Source: Tubiluchus corallicola (taxonomy: Eukaryota > Animalia > Priapulida). Taken from it: a DNA stretch of 64,000 nucleotides. Shown piece by piece: positions 11,022 through 23,070 of the stretch; position 1 is the stretch's first letter; each line of letters starts with the position of its first letter. The translations under genes were made by a program, and so were the position numbers. The stretch is from contig JAQGDQ010000646.1 in the NCBI GenBank assembly GCA_030141605.1, forward strand, positions 55,843 through 119,842, given 5' to 3'. Below the pieces are notes generated by a model. That model saw nothing but the letters and a program-made list of their open reading frames with translations. It was not told where the DNA came from and made no database searches.

Positions 11022-13782
11022 GGAACTTTTGCTCTAGGCCCATTGTAATATAGGTGCGTATATGCCTACTTCCCTTTTCAGTTCGACTGATTAAATAAAT
11101 AGCATAAATAAATATAAGCTAATTTTCTTTCCATGTTCTTTGCGATACAGCCCCCTAAAGTCACGTGTTTACAGAAATGCCATTCATGCCAAGTCGCTCG
11201 TGGTAGAAACGTAGAGGAGTTATGACATCTCTTAATGTAGTTTATTTTCAACTTATTATTCTTGGTTATATTCTTGATTACGCCATATTAATGAACTCCC
11301 AAGTGACCATCTTGTTTGACTTTTCAAAGTCAATATGGTTGAGCTGCCATTTCGTCCTGGGAAATTAATGAATGAACTTAAAGGCTTCATTAGTAAGCGT
11401 TTGCCAAAGGAAACACAACAACTCTGATTAGGCAGGATTTGCTTATGCGAACCGGGAGTTCACTAAACTACTATAGCATTTCTTGCAAACTTGACATGAT
11501 AGTCAAATGTGCCACTTTTTGTAGTGAGTAATAATAAAAATGACTTATACAATGCAAAAATGGAAATATGTTGAATCCATCGAGGTTGCAGTTTTCAAAG
11601 CAGAATTTTCTCGTAGAAAAGAAGCCCGAAGGAAAAAAGCTGAATTGATAAGCAGCTGCTCTACATCTAGAAATGTCCAAGGTAAACCTATATAATCATG
11701 TATAAGAAGCAGAAAAAAATAAAACACTACAAATAAACTATAGTTCTTAGAAACCAGTGATGAACAGTCCTGAGAATATCTTCCATAGGAGCAGCAATAA
11801 AATGTAGCAACCGACTTTCCATGAGCAAGAGATTGTAGTGTTGACACCAATTCAAAATTAACAACATTGACAATACAGTTTCCAATAAATAAAACTAGTC
11901 AGTTGAAATATTCATATTTAATCAACATTTAAGTTGGTGCTAAATAAGCTACGACTGATACTGTTTTAGTATCAACGCCATTCTGATCTAGCTGTAAAGA
12001 TTCCCAATTATTATCTCGGGGTACGAACTCGATTCCATTACGATTCCCAACACACAAGTTTAAACCCGGTGGAAATATGAAAAAGTTTAAAAAATTATCA
12101 AAGCAAAGAGACTTTTGATATAATTCCATCATTGAAAATCCCACCATGAAAATACATTAATATTCTATTTGATATCATGCAGTTTTGCACTTTACATACG
12201 CAGTGGCAATTTGATAAGCAAGAAGGGAAATTTTTAAGAATAAGGAGGATCTAATGAACAATGTTGAGAAGCCTAAGCAGCTGTTTGTGGTTATTCTTAA
12301 CACTTAAAATGTTATTTCATTAACTAAGCAGCGCGCTGTTGTTTCTAATTGTTCACTTGTTTCTAAAATCACTGTTTAGACTGTCAGTTTTTTTCATCAA
12401 ACTTGTTCGTCAGTTTTAGTTTTTTCAAACTAATTAGATCATGTAAACAGCGAAATCGACAGGTTTTTTTAATTCGACAAAATTTGATGATATCAACCGT
12501 CTTGAATTAAAGTTATAATATGAAATTAAAAGAAATATAAATTTCGTATTGCAGTGTAATTAGTTACAGTTTAAAGCATTACAAATTTTATTATAACTTT
12601 ATAAAGATTTAACGGCGAAGTTGAAATTATTGTTTACTTCGCAGTATAATCATAAATTTATAATTATTTCATCCATTTTATAATTATTTTCTGTAATTTG
12701 GTTGAAAATCTGATTAAGTGTGTCCGCAGTTTGCACGGCTGCTAATGTGCACACATTATGAAAACGTTAGAATACACACGTTTAATAATCCTGCAATTGG
12801 TTCTCATTGGAGAGAATCATAAAGTTTCTCTAAAGTAATGCGACTGATATATAATTCTTGTAACTATTACTGGTTTGAAGAAACCAAAAAAACTTGAGAT
12901 TTGTTTTTAAGATTTTATTCTGAAATGCCTACATAAACAGTGAAGTAGTGTCATATTGAAAAGCAGAAAACCAAGTGACCAGAACTACAAGTGAAATGGT
13001 TTAGGTGTGAAAACAGGTTTAGAGATTATGCATTCATAAAGACTGTAGAAGCCAATGAAAATTTAAACAGTAAAGAGAAAGCTTCAACAATTTTAACAAA
13101 AGCACCTGAAGGTGGCAGCTCTATCCAAAACTAAAAAAGTATGATGATATTGGGATAAATATACAACATAAATTTAAATTTAGAATAATTAAAATGATGT
13201 TCTTTTGTCCAATTACCGCACTGATACTAGCAGATTGACATCCCTTAATGAATACTTGCAACCAGATGTCGTCAAAACACGTCTCAGTTTTTGAATTGAC
13301 AGTTTTTGTTTGTCGGTTTTAGTTTAACAGTTATAAAAACTAATCGTGTAAACGGAGCACAACACAAGCGCTGATCGTTATTTATTGTCTTGTGCAGCGG
13401 GACGCGAAAACGCGCGCGGAAATCTGGTACATCAAGCTGTAGATTTGCGAGAACTGTCACAAAAACGTGACAATCGTTTGATCCTCTTTGTTGATAGCAC
13501 CTTCTCCTTATTTCTCCAAGTTGCGTGAACCATTAAACTGCGCGGATTGTGATAATGATTCACATGCTTTTCACAGGCAAGTCAACACACAGAAAGAGAA
13601 GAAAGTCGTTATCTCTAAGAGTCAGTTCACTTCCTTTTTGCGTTTGCCGGATTTGCTTAGTCATTTATTCAACTCGCTCGCATAGACAAGATGCATGGTC
13701 ACCATACGTGATGCTGAAACTAAAATAATTTCAATAGTGATGTCGACGATGAGGGCATCAGTAGCAACATCAAGGGCATCAA

Positions 13783-13829
<47 letters not shown>

Positions 13830-14749
13830 TAAAGGCGGCAGCTAGGGCGACGGAGGCGGTAGTAGCAGCAGCGACAACAACAACAACAACTAATACAACT
13901 TGATAATGAACAAAAACTGAAGCTCCAAATTCAGTATTTTCGAACATATTTTCAGTAGAAGTTCCTTTCTACAGAAATAAACCTACTTAACGATCTATCA
14001 TAGTAGGAACTTCTAATGAAAATATTCAACAGTGAAACCTGAGCTGCATAGCTACTACAAACATGCATACGGAAAGCAACAGATTAACCTGTCTGCGTAT
14101 AATGAAGTTTCTCTTTTTACTGGTTCGCGATATGGTTTAATTTCTTATTTTTTCATATTCGAATTTTGTTGCAACTACTTAGTTTGTTTTTTCATTTTTG
14201 ATTTTTGCCAATTTATTATTTAGTACACCTGTTTTGAATTTCAGATGTTGATGCACAGCCTTGTTCTTTTATTTGACGATGTTATACAGCCGGAACGTTG
14301 CAGTTAATAATAAAAATGTGTTCGAAGCTAATTCGTGCGCTTGAATTTTTGTTCACTGCAAAACTAGAATGGTAGGGCAATGATAAATCAAGCGGAGTTC
14401 ACTGTATTGTGGAATCTGGAGTTTAACAAAGCTTGAGATCACTATAGTTGGGGTTCGGTGGTCTGGAACTCACCAGGCCATAACTCACTAGATTCGGATC
14501 AGGGTTCTCTGGACGGCTCCTCATTGGTCCAAAACTTGTTGGCCTTGTGAGCTGTGTTCATTCTTCCAGTTACACTGTTCGAATTTTTCGATTCACGTAT
14601 AGCCTTCTATTATTATAATCACTGTCTCAAAAACAGGCTTACCTAATCAATAATTAAGCTGAAAATATGTAAGTTACTAGTACAATTTGCCTATGTGCAA
14701 TTCATCTATAAGTTAGTTTTAGAAAGGGTTTCTATTATGTGACAAGTAC

Positions 14750-15380
14750 CTCTTGGTTTTTCCAATGTAGAATGTCTTGCAGCTTGGCCATTTACATGCC
14801 AAGCTCCATATGTATGGAACTTATTAAATCTCTACCGTCTGTTAAGCATGCAACATGCAATGATCTAGTATTGTTGGAAACTGACTATCCAACTTTTTCA
14901 ACATGGGCCAAGTAAGTGTAGGCAAATGCGTATGTGGAGGAAGATGGCAAACTCTCCTGAGAAACGTCAGACATTGTTCAAAGCATATGAAATAACGAGT
15001 CAGGATAATAGTGACTTAGCAAAGTGCCCGAGAAACTTACCTGCGGTCAACGAGAAAGGAAAGAGTTTTGAGCCGTAGCTCTACCAAACATATGGTTTAC
15101 CAGGAATTTAACCCGGATTTGAAAATTCCAAGCATACCAGAGAATGCTATAGAAAAAACCGCATACCTTTCTCTCGACTAAGGTTATAAGCGCCTCACTT
15201 AAGAATTGAGACCGGTAGATGAGATGGTGAATAAATATAAACCAAAAACTATGTAAATGCGGAGAGACACAAACTGAAAAACATGTATTAATGAACTGCA
15301 ACTTGACTAGTGAAACTAGAAGAAAATATCCTAGTGTGAACACTGTGCAATCATGTATTTGAAATCTGTTTTTGAGTCTT
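14750..15380 (+). mobile_element. LINE ORF2 C-terminal fragment with Cys/His zinc-knuckle-like motif, decayed
   Basis: Across frameshifts it reads LIKSLPSVKHATCNDLVLLETDYP, STKHMVYQEFNPDL, FSRLRL..HLRIETGR*, and KLCKCGETQTEKHVLMNCNLTSETRRKYP. This matches the RLRLSSHxLxIETGRW...CxC...ExHxLxxC tail of L2/Crack-group ORF2. Confidence 0.85.
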
Positions 15381-15469
15381 AGAAACTTTTCAAAACTGAA
15401 TCATTAAGTCTTCGAAACTTTTCAAAACATAACCAGCGTCATAACCGTCACCTTCATAATCAGCACCAC

Positions 15470-15633
15470 CGTCATTATCTTTATCATCGTCATCATCATC
15501 ATCGTCGTCGTTGTCATCGTCGTCGCATTCACCGTCATCATCATCATCATCATCATCATCATTATCATCACCATCATCATCGTCATCATAGTCGTCGTCG
15601 TCGTCGTCGTCGTCGTTTATCATCATCATCATC
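15470..15633. repeat. (TCA/TCG)n microsatellite
   Basis: Directly visible; explains the poly-Asp ORF 15390..15782. Confidence 0.92.
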
Positions 15634-16071
15634 AAGCAATCAATTTGAGTAATTGTAAAAGTATCATTGTTAGTAGAAAAGTGTATATTCCTCAGTACCC
15701 AGTTGTTCGCGAAACTAGTACATAGTATGTTATACGGGTACTGATATGACTTCAGCTGAACTACTTGTTCCTGCTCAGCCACACAGTGAAACTGTGCATG
15801 GTAGATTCAATGAATTGTTGTAATTTCTGCTGAAACGATGGTCATAAATATAATAGGTAATAAATGCATTTAAAACTGGGTTTTTCTTGGCTTGATCAGA
15901 ATGCGATACAGGAAAATCGTTGCTGCCATGATTGATTGAAATTGTTAACGAATCATTATTATTCATTTGAGCACTTATTTTATAGTACTGCACAAATTGT
16001 GTTAACATTATTGGCATTAAAGTGAGGTGTTATTTCCCTTCTTTCTTTTCCTCTTTCCTTCTTTTCTTTTT

Positions 16072-16175
16072 ATTCATTCATACGTTTGTTCGTTCGCTCG
16101 TTCGTTCGTTCGTTCTTTCGTTCGTTCGTTCATTCGTTCGTTCGTTCGTTCATTCATTCATTCATTCGTTTATTC
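16072..16175. repeat. (TTCG)n/(TTCA)n microsatellite
   Basis: Directly visible. Confidence 0.9.
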
Positions 16176-17019
16176 ATATATTACTTTACTTACTGATCGG
16201 CGTAGCAAATCTGCTGCGCCAGTCTACCAATCTATCGTTTATTTACCTATCTGCTAACAACCTGTCTACCTGCCTGCCATAGTTTTTCCTATCCGTCTCT
16301 TTAGCTACCTGCAGCAACCTACTGTTTTAATTAATCAGTTCATTTAAATAGTTATTCATAGTAATTCATGGCTATTCCTGTAACTATTCGTGGTAGTAGT
16401 ACCACTATACCTTACCTACTTCGTTTGTCCACCATTTACCGCCATACCTACCTCGAGTCATACATTCGCATTCAGCGAAGACACCTCACAGTTGCTGCAA
16501 AGCAAAACAAACGACAAGCCGCGTCGAACCGAATACCAACCAGTTAGACAAGCTCATAAAACAAAAACCAATTTCTGGTTAACAAAATGCGACCGAGTTT
16601 AAATTCGAAAAATGTTGCCGGCAGCTTAAACATAATTTACCATTTCCTAGTCTTGTCCTGTATATAACTATCCGCAGGAGACTTCCTAGGCAAATTGCTT
16701 GAGTCTAGTTTATTTGGGTGATTTTAGCCAAGCTCAGAATAATAATCAAGGGAATTGGCCGGGTCGTTGAGTTCTTATGATCTTATCACTTTTAATATTT
16801 TTCATATCCGTCACGTTGTTTAAAAGAGAAAAACTGGGGGAAGAAAAGAAAAGAAGTTTAAAGAGTATCCTAAAAAAATTTTCATACAAAGTTACATTAC
16901 TTAGCATTATGCTTACCTGTTTTAGAGACTTATGTAATTAGAAAAGAAACTTAATAATTGAAAATATTTGCGCCACCTGGTAAATCGTCACCGTTTCACT
17001 ATATCCCAGAGCGCACCAC

Positions 17020-17470
17020 TGGCTCACTAACAATCACATTATTCACATGTCCACGTTATCAGGATGATGGATTGACTCTTTTTAATAATATTGAAACTTT
17101 GTTCCCTCTATTTCCTGCCATGCCAAATGACAATGATAAATTTGTCATTATGATAAGCAGTCAACGTATCGAATTACGCAAGATTATTTTAACTTTCCCG
17201 AAATCAGTCTTTCAGACTAGGAATCAGTTATTGTCTACGCAAAATCTAGATACAATATTCTAGAGTTATTAATACTACTCTATGCAAGATTGATGTGATA
17301 TCTATTTTTAATATTAGTATGAATTAGTTGTTGTTTGTTCTATACGCTCGAGCCACAATATTCCTTTGTAAGGCGATTTTGTCTCTAGTAAACGTCTCTT
17401 TCATTCTTAATTAAAACAGGCTTGTTTGTTTGTAATGTAATGTATGTGATGGTGGTTCAATAAACAAAAC
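17020..17470 (+). mobile_element. LINE ORF2 extreme C-terminus plus 3' UTR
   Basis: LFTCPRYQDDGLTLFNNI...DNDKFVIMISS...SVFQTRNQLL resembles the HFLxxCPxYxxxRxxLF...xxKFxxLMS...FxxR tail. AATAAA at ~17459. Confidence 0.65.
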
Positions 17471-17789
17471 ATTTTTTATCTTATTGACAGCGCAAAATAT
17501 TTTATACTTTCGCTTAGTTAGAGAAGAATGTGCTACGAATACTTCGTAAACTGTTCATAATATAAAAACAGAAAAAACACTATGAATGTAACGATTTCAC
17601 GATTTTTGTACACATTACCCTAAACAAAACCATTGGGCTGTAGCCAATCAGGGTTAGTGGTTACTGTGGTGGCGACATGGGGTCTAAGTAATAAAATAAA
17701 AATACCAAAACATATAAAGAAAAATAGTAGTCTTGTAGTCTTGTAAGTAATCTGTTAGTCATAGTTAGGTACCAAGTACATTAAATTTA

Positions 17790-18100
17790 TTCCTGAAGCA
17801 AACGAGGTTGCAGTTAACAGGAAAAGTGTTCTCTGCTAAGGAACACCACACGTTAGAAGCCATAGGAAAACTGGATTCATAACGGAGGAATTTCCAGGTC
17901 TACGTATGAGAAGAAGCTTCGATAAGCAATCAGCTCCGAGTAAATTATCAAAATTGACGAACTATGGAGAGAGATACAGAGACTACTATACACAAATGCA
18001 GCGATCAGATTTAACGCAGCAACAGATCTTCTATGACCAAGAGTTTCTACAAGGTTGACTTCAAATTAGACAATTCAGCAATCGGTTTAATAGGTTAAGG
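17790..18100 (+). mobile_element. Possible decayed non-LTR ORF2 3' fragment
   Basis: Coding-like stretch ..KLTNYGERYRD/LYTNAAIRFNA.. resembling the TNYGxR...xxAxxFN end of LINE ORF2; it has several stops. Confidence 0.35.
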
Positions 18101-19939
18101 TAACAAGCTGAGGCACCAGCTTATATGTTATAGGCCTAATAGGCCAGTTCATAGGCCTAACTGGTTCTCTGCGAACCATATTACTGATTAAAATAGGTTG
18201 TATATTGTATATAATTCACATTTAGCTACCCTTTAAAGAGATGTATTCAATTTTAGGGTACTGTCTTTATACATATTATTTTTTTTATCATTTTATGTTC
18301 TATAGGATCAGTGTAAGTGAGCTTCCGCCTGTTGATTTCTTTCTTTTATATTATTTTAGTATATACATAAATGTCAATGAATAAAAATAAAAATAATCTG
18401 TTGTTTTAGTAGTGCAAAGGGTGTCGTAATCGATTTGTGAAGTTAGTGGCCAGATTCCTCTTGGTCAGATTCTTCCAGAGGACTTGTGTGGTGTGTCGCT
18501 ATGTGTGGTGACAATGACCATTATGATCGTATGTTGGCTTGGCAAGTTTGTAGTTTTTTTGATACAATTCAGTATCAGGCGTTAGGTATTTTCGAGCGTC
18601 ATACAGTCACCATACTTTTTTCGATATGAGCTTCTGAAGGTTGTTTCTAACCAGGAACAGAAGATGTACCACGTGAGAGAACAAAAGATTGATCAGAAAG
18701 AGAAGAAAAGGTCATATTCAGAGGAGGGTAGTATTGAAAAAGTGAGAATATGGGCATACGTTTAGTCTTTCTGCGTTAAAGATGATAAGCCGATCTGGGC
18801 CATTTTAAAACCTAGTTTAGGATCCCTTGGAAGTACGAGCAAACCATTCAAATTTACCAGTTTTTTTTTTATAATTTACTATTTTTACAGTTATTTCAGT
18901 TGGCTATGTCTTGCGATTGAAAAAAATCGATTCAATAACATTGCAAAAATTTTGACCACAATAGTAAGATATTCACGAGAAAACATTTATATTATAAAGG
19001 CATCTTAAAACTTTATTCTTTTGAGCCTTTGCTTGAATATTCATGTTAGCTGGTCATACATTACCATATTTTAAATGGTTGTGTTTTCAAGAATATTGCA
19101 TTTCAGATTTATATCACTAAATTCTGTTTTTGGTTTTTTGTATTTTTTAATTAAACAAGAAGCTAGTTTGCCAACGCAGTGAACATATACGTTTTCGACC
19201 CGCATCTGAGGTCGCCTAAACATCTAGCACAGCTATTAGTTTTCACATAGAAGAAAAAACATCTTTCTTTGGTGTACAGAAATTATCGAGTAAACTTCAT
19301 AGGATTTACTTCTCAAGAATAAAAAATGATCTTACTTTCGTTTATCCCAGAATTGCTTCTCAGTGGAATTTTATAAAGATAGGGGATTCTTCATTTTGGT
19401 GTACAGATTTTTGCACTCCAATTTTGTACAATTATGGCCTCGCACACATACCCAATCTCTGCAACTGCAATGCAACTCATTATCTGTTCATCGTGACCGC
19501 GATGACGAATTAGAATGAAGAAGAAACGGTTTATGTTCTTCAAGTGAGATTTTTACAGTTTAAACTTGATTCATAACGACGTTGTGGATCAACTAGTCAT
19601 TACGACTTTCAACGTTAAATCTCGGGAGAACCAATTGGCAGGGTTTTCAGGAAATACGGATGGCAGACACAGAGAAATATGACGAAGCAACCGAGACGAA
19701 CCATGCTGTCATTACCTGATCCACCACATTTGCAAAACTTGCAGATTTCGTCGTGTTTGCGTGAATAAAGTTTTGCTGGCTGCTTGACTTTAACAGTTGT
19801 AGCTATCAATATGTTCTTTTGAACAAGCAAAAATTTGCGAAGTTCCACCCCTGGCTACCATCATGCGGAATTACGTAATAGCTGGGAACTCAAAATCTGA
19901 CAAAGCTATATATTTTGATACTGTTTGAACTTTATTTCA

Positions 19940-20080
19940 CTGAGTGCTAATATTACTGTTTGGGCAGCAAAGATATGGGGGTATTACGTGCTAGAGGTCG
20001 AAGAAACCTCACTTCAGAAGCGTCGTGGAGAGGGTATTAGGTACTCGAGAGAACTCGAACATTGCTATAATGTTGCGGTT
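19940..20080 (+). mobile_element. LINE ORF2 thumb-region fragment
   Basis: LLF/AAKIWG...FRSVVERVLGTRENSNIAIML (frameshifted) resembles LLYGxEIWG...FxKRxLGVRxxTxNxA. Confidence 0.55.
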
Positions 20081-21252
20081 TCCATTTGAAATGCGTTATA
20101 ATTAAATAACGTTATCAGCGGATCGTTTCACGTTACCGGAATGTAATTGTGAAACAGGATTCTACGGTAGCCGTGCAGAGCAACCAACTTCTTACGCAGC
20201 TTATTAACTCGCAGTGACTTAAACAAAAAACTATTACTTCAACAACACTGTTGCCTGGTGGGGAAAAGCAAATTGCAGTTAGTAGTAATCTTAATTTTAG
20301 CTTTGTCAATTAATTAGAACTCTTAAAAATCTTTAAAAAACAAAAAAAAATCTTAAAACTTTATTTAAAAAATTCCTTTCAATTGTTGTTATATAACGCA
20401 CGTTGTTATATTTTATGAGAATATTGTCTCTGTTACAGCTTTCTAATTTTAATTTGTAAACCGCTGATGAATTGCCACTAGTGTATACGAAACTTTTAAC
20501 GGGCAGTAACTGCATTCGTCAGTAAGCTTAATGTGAAAACTGTTATACAAGATGGGAAATTCGGTTTTAAAAATTCCAATTAGTTTTGCGTTCGTTCCAT
20601 TAAAGTCTATTCAGGATTAGCCAAATATGCCAAGCATATCTTATTATGTAAAAAATTATCTTATTTTACTTTGTCCGACTTCTACTCAGAACTGCTTTTT
20701 ATTGGAATTCTATCAAGATAACTGGTTCTTCTAGGACGTAATCTTACGCTGCCTAACATAAATGCCACAACGTGTCAGACACCACCAGAAGTTCATAGGA
20801 CAGAAAATATGTTAAGCGTTTTTCTTATTCGTTTTAACCTTATTCGCTTTTTCTTTTTGCGTAATCTAGTAATAAAAACTTTTTTTGAAAACGCTGTTAA
20901 ATTTTTGGACAGCACAAAAATAAGCCTAAACTTTTCTGGCTGCTAAAAACCTATTGCTGCTGGCAAACTATTAAGTTTTTGGTTGCTGCTGTGGTTAAAA
21001 ATGGCTAAAATTTTAACGTAAACTCATATCAGTACTGCTAACAAAAACAATGTTTTGTTTAAGCAAGCAATTTGTTTATTTACAATCATATAAGCTTGAA
21101 TAAAAATACAACTACATTTTAGCTGCTAGTTTCAGCAAAAATGCTAAGATTTCTTGTATTACCTTAGCAGAACGCTGCACACAACACGGCTTAACGAATT
21201 TGGTTTAATGGTTTATTATTGACGAATTCTGTTAATCATGCTATTCAGACTA

Positions 21253-21469
21253 CAGTAGAAGTAGAGAAGTTATTTTATTTTTGATTATTCATAAAAATTG
21301 TCGTTTGATATTTGTTTAAAGGCTCAGTTTGTCATTTTCGCAGGCTGTAGTGTTACTTGTGCATTAATGAGCGACTCTATCTTGTTGTCTTACGAACTTC
21401 GTATAACTCGTACTTTCGCATAACTTGAACAAATTAACCCATGGCGTTCGAGTTATACGTAGTTTACTG
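21253..21469. mobile_element. Tigger/pogo-like (Tc1-mariner) MITE remnant
   Basis: Right end ...GTTCGAGTTATACGTAGTTTACTG|TA is a CAGTAAAC-type TIR next to TA. Internal inverted copies of CGTATAACTCG are present. Candidate left end TA|CAGTAGAA at 21251-21260. Confidence 0.5.
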
Positions 21470-22599
21470 TACAACATTTTGGTTAAGCAAGCAATTTGTT
21501 TATTTGCAATTATATAAGCTTGAATAAAATACAACTACATTAACGAAGGTTTATCCTGCAGCTTCGCTGTTGTTATGTGCATGAGCTGAATAACATAGTT
21601 AACTTCATTGATGGATTGTCCAGTTGTATAGTCGTGCTAACGATGATATAGAGTCCCAGTAGGCCTACAAATAAAGGGTAGTCCGTCTGAATTAACGATT
21701 ATCATTCTAGTGTTTTTACTTCCGCCGTAAATCTAATTAAACTCTATCACTAGATTCTATCATAAATTCATAATTAGATTAGCATAAGACGATTTTGTGT
21801 CACCTTCATTTTGAAATTTTTAGCGAAGCGAAAGAAATTTTCAACAAAATACGCAATTTGGTTGTATTGGCTTCCTGTACGATCATGACGTCACTGTGAC
21901 GAACTTCCGGTGCCAGTTACATATATCTGAATTACTGGAGGGTTTTTCGCGTAATCGGTTTATCGCTATGTGACCGGAAACGGAGAATCTTAGAAGCCCG
22001 TTTAGAGATATATTCTTCAATGAAGCAGAAAGTGCATCAGAAACATGTGTAAACGACAAGCATTAGGTTGAAAATCCGTTGCTTGTATAGTTGCAGTTAC
22101 CAACGCAAAATGAAAAATAAGGACTTAGGATTTGTTGCAACCTTAGGCTACTATTACAGTGATGGAGCACTGGACCATATACCGTCAAATTGTCCTTGTC
22201 CTTCTCATGATTTCTTTTTCGTTTTTGCGTTTTAGAGCTCTATAGTTTGTTTCTGCAGCATTTCCACGAGTAAGCAAGTTTAGAGCATGACTGTTTATTG
22301 TTTATTGCTTATTGTTAAAATGATACCTTGCAAAAGTTATTGTTACGATCTTCTGTGTCCAGCTTCTGTTGCTATTATAATCACAGATGTTCTCTGGTTC
22401 GAGTATAGTCGTGAAACGCGTGTGATTGAGTTAAAAAGAAAACAGGAAGACGACGAAGAAGAAAAAGCAGCCGGGCAAAAGGAATCCCATCTTATGCCTT
22501 TGCGGTAGCGCAGTTATAGGTGGTTACCGAATCTGTCTACGAAACCACGGTCGTAATGTTTAGGCATGCAAAGAAGGCATGCAGGTAGCTAGCTCGTCC

Positions 22600-22757
22600 T
22601 CCTCTTCCCAGTACATTACCCAGGTATTGAGTTAAAGTTGAGCTGATCTAGAAAGGCGAGCAGAAAGTCCTGTTCGAGTGGTAAATGGCTTGAAAGCAAG
22701 ATAAGTGAGGTTCGAACCCAGAATCTGGCACCCAGAAACGTCACCCTGTTTAACCAA
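22600..22757 (-). mobile_element. tRNA-derived SINE remnant
   Basis: Reverse complement begins GTTGGTTAAACAGGG...CTGGGTTCGAACCTC (B-box), followed by a CAGCTCAACTTTAACTCAATACCTGGG segment resembling conserved SINE core domains. Confidence 0.55.
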
Positions 22758-22799
22758 CATCAAATTTTTTATTGTTTGAACTTACTATTTTAAGTTACT

Positions 22800-23070
22800 A
22801 TATTATATTGTATTGTATTGTTTTGCATTGCATTGCATTGCATTGCATTGCATTGCATTGCATTGCATTGCATTGCATTGCATTGCATTGCATTGTATTG
22901 CATTGCATTGCATTGCATTGCATTGCATTGCATTGTATTGTATTGTATTGTATTGTATTGCATTGCATTGCATTGCATTGCATTGCATTGTATTGTATTG
23001 TACTACATTGCATTGCATTATATTATGTTACATTACATTACATTAGTTACATTATATTATATTTTATTAC
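22800..23070. repeat. (CATTG)n/(TATTG)n pentanucleotide microsatellite
   Basis: Directly visible; explains six overlapping ORFs. Confidence 0.97.

Noticed and set aside
10506-11048. Mucin-like Thr-rich protein
   Set aside because: Made of pure codon runs (ACA, ACT, ACC) from microsatellite slippage; the opposite strand is equally open and there is no domain. An acceptor-like AG at ~10524 alone is not enough.
15390-15782. Asp-rich biomineralisation protein
   Set aside because: The poly-Asp comes from a TCA/TCG microsatellite; no ATG start, no signal peptide and non-protein-like flanks.
19185-19225. Hammerhead ribozyme on the minus strand (GACC-loop-GGTC-GAAAAC)
   Set aside because: Stem II and GAAA are present, but the CUGANGA core is missing and I could not build stems I and III. 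At best a dead Penelope-type remnant.
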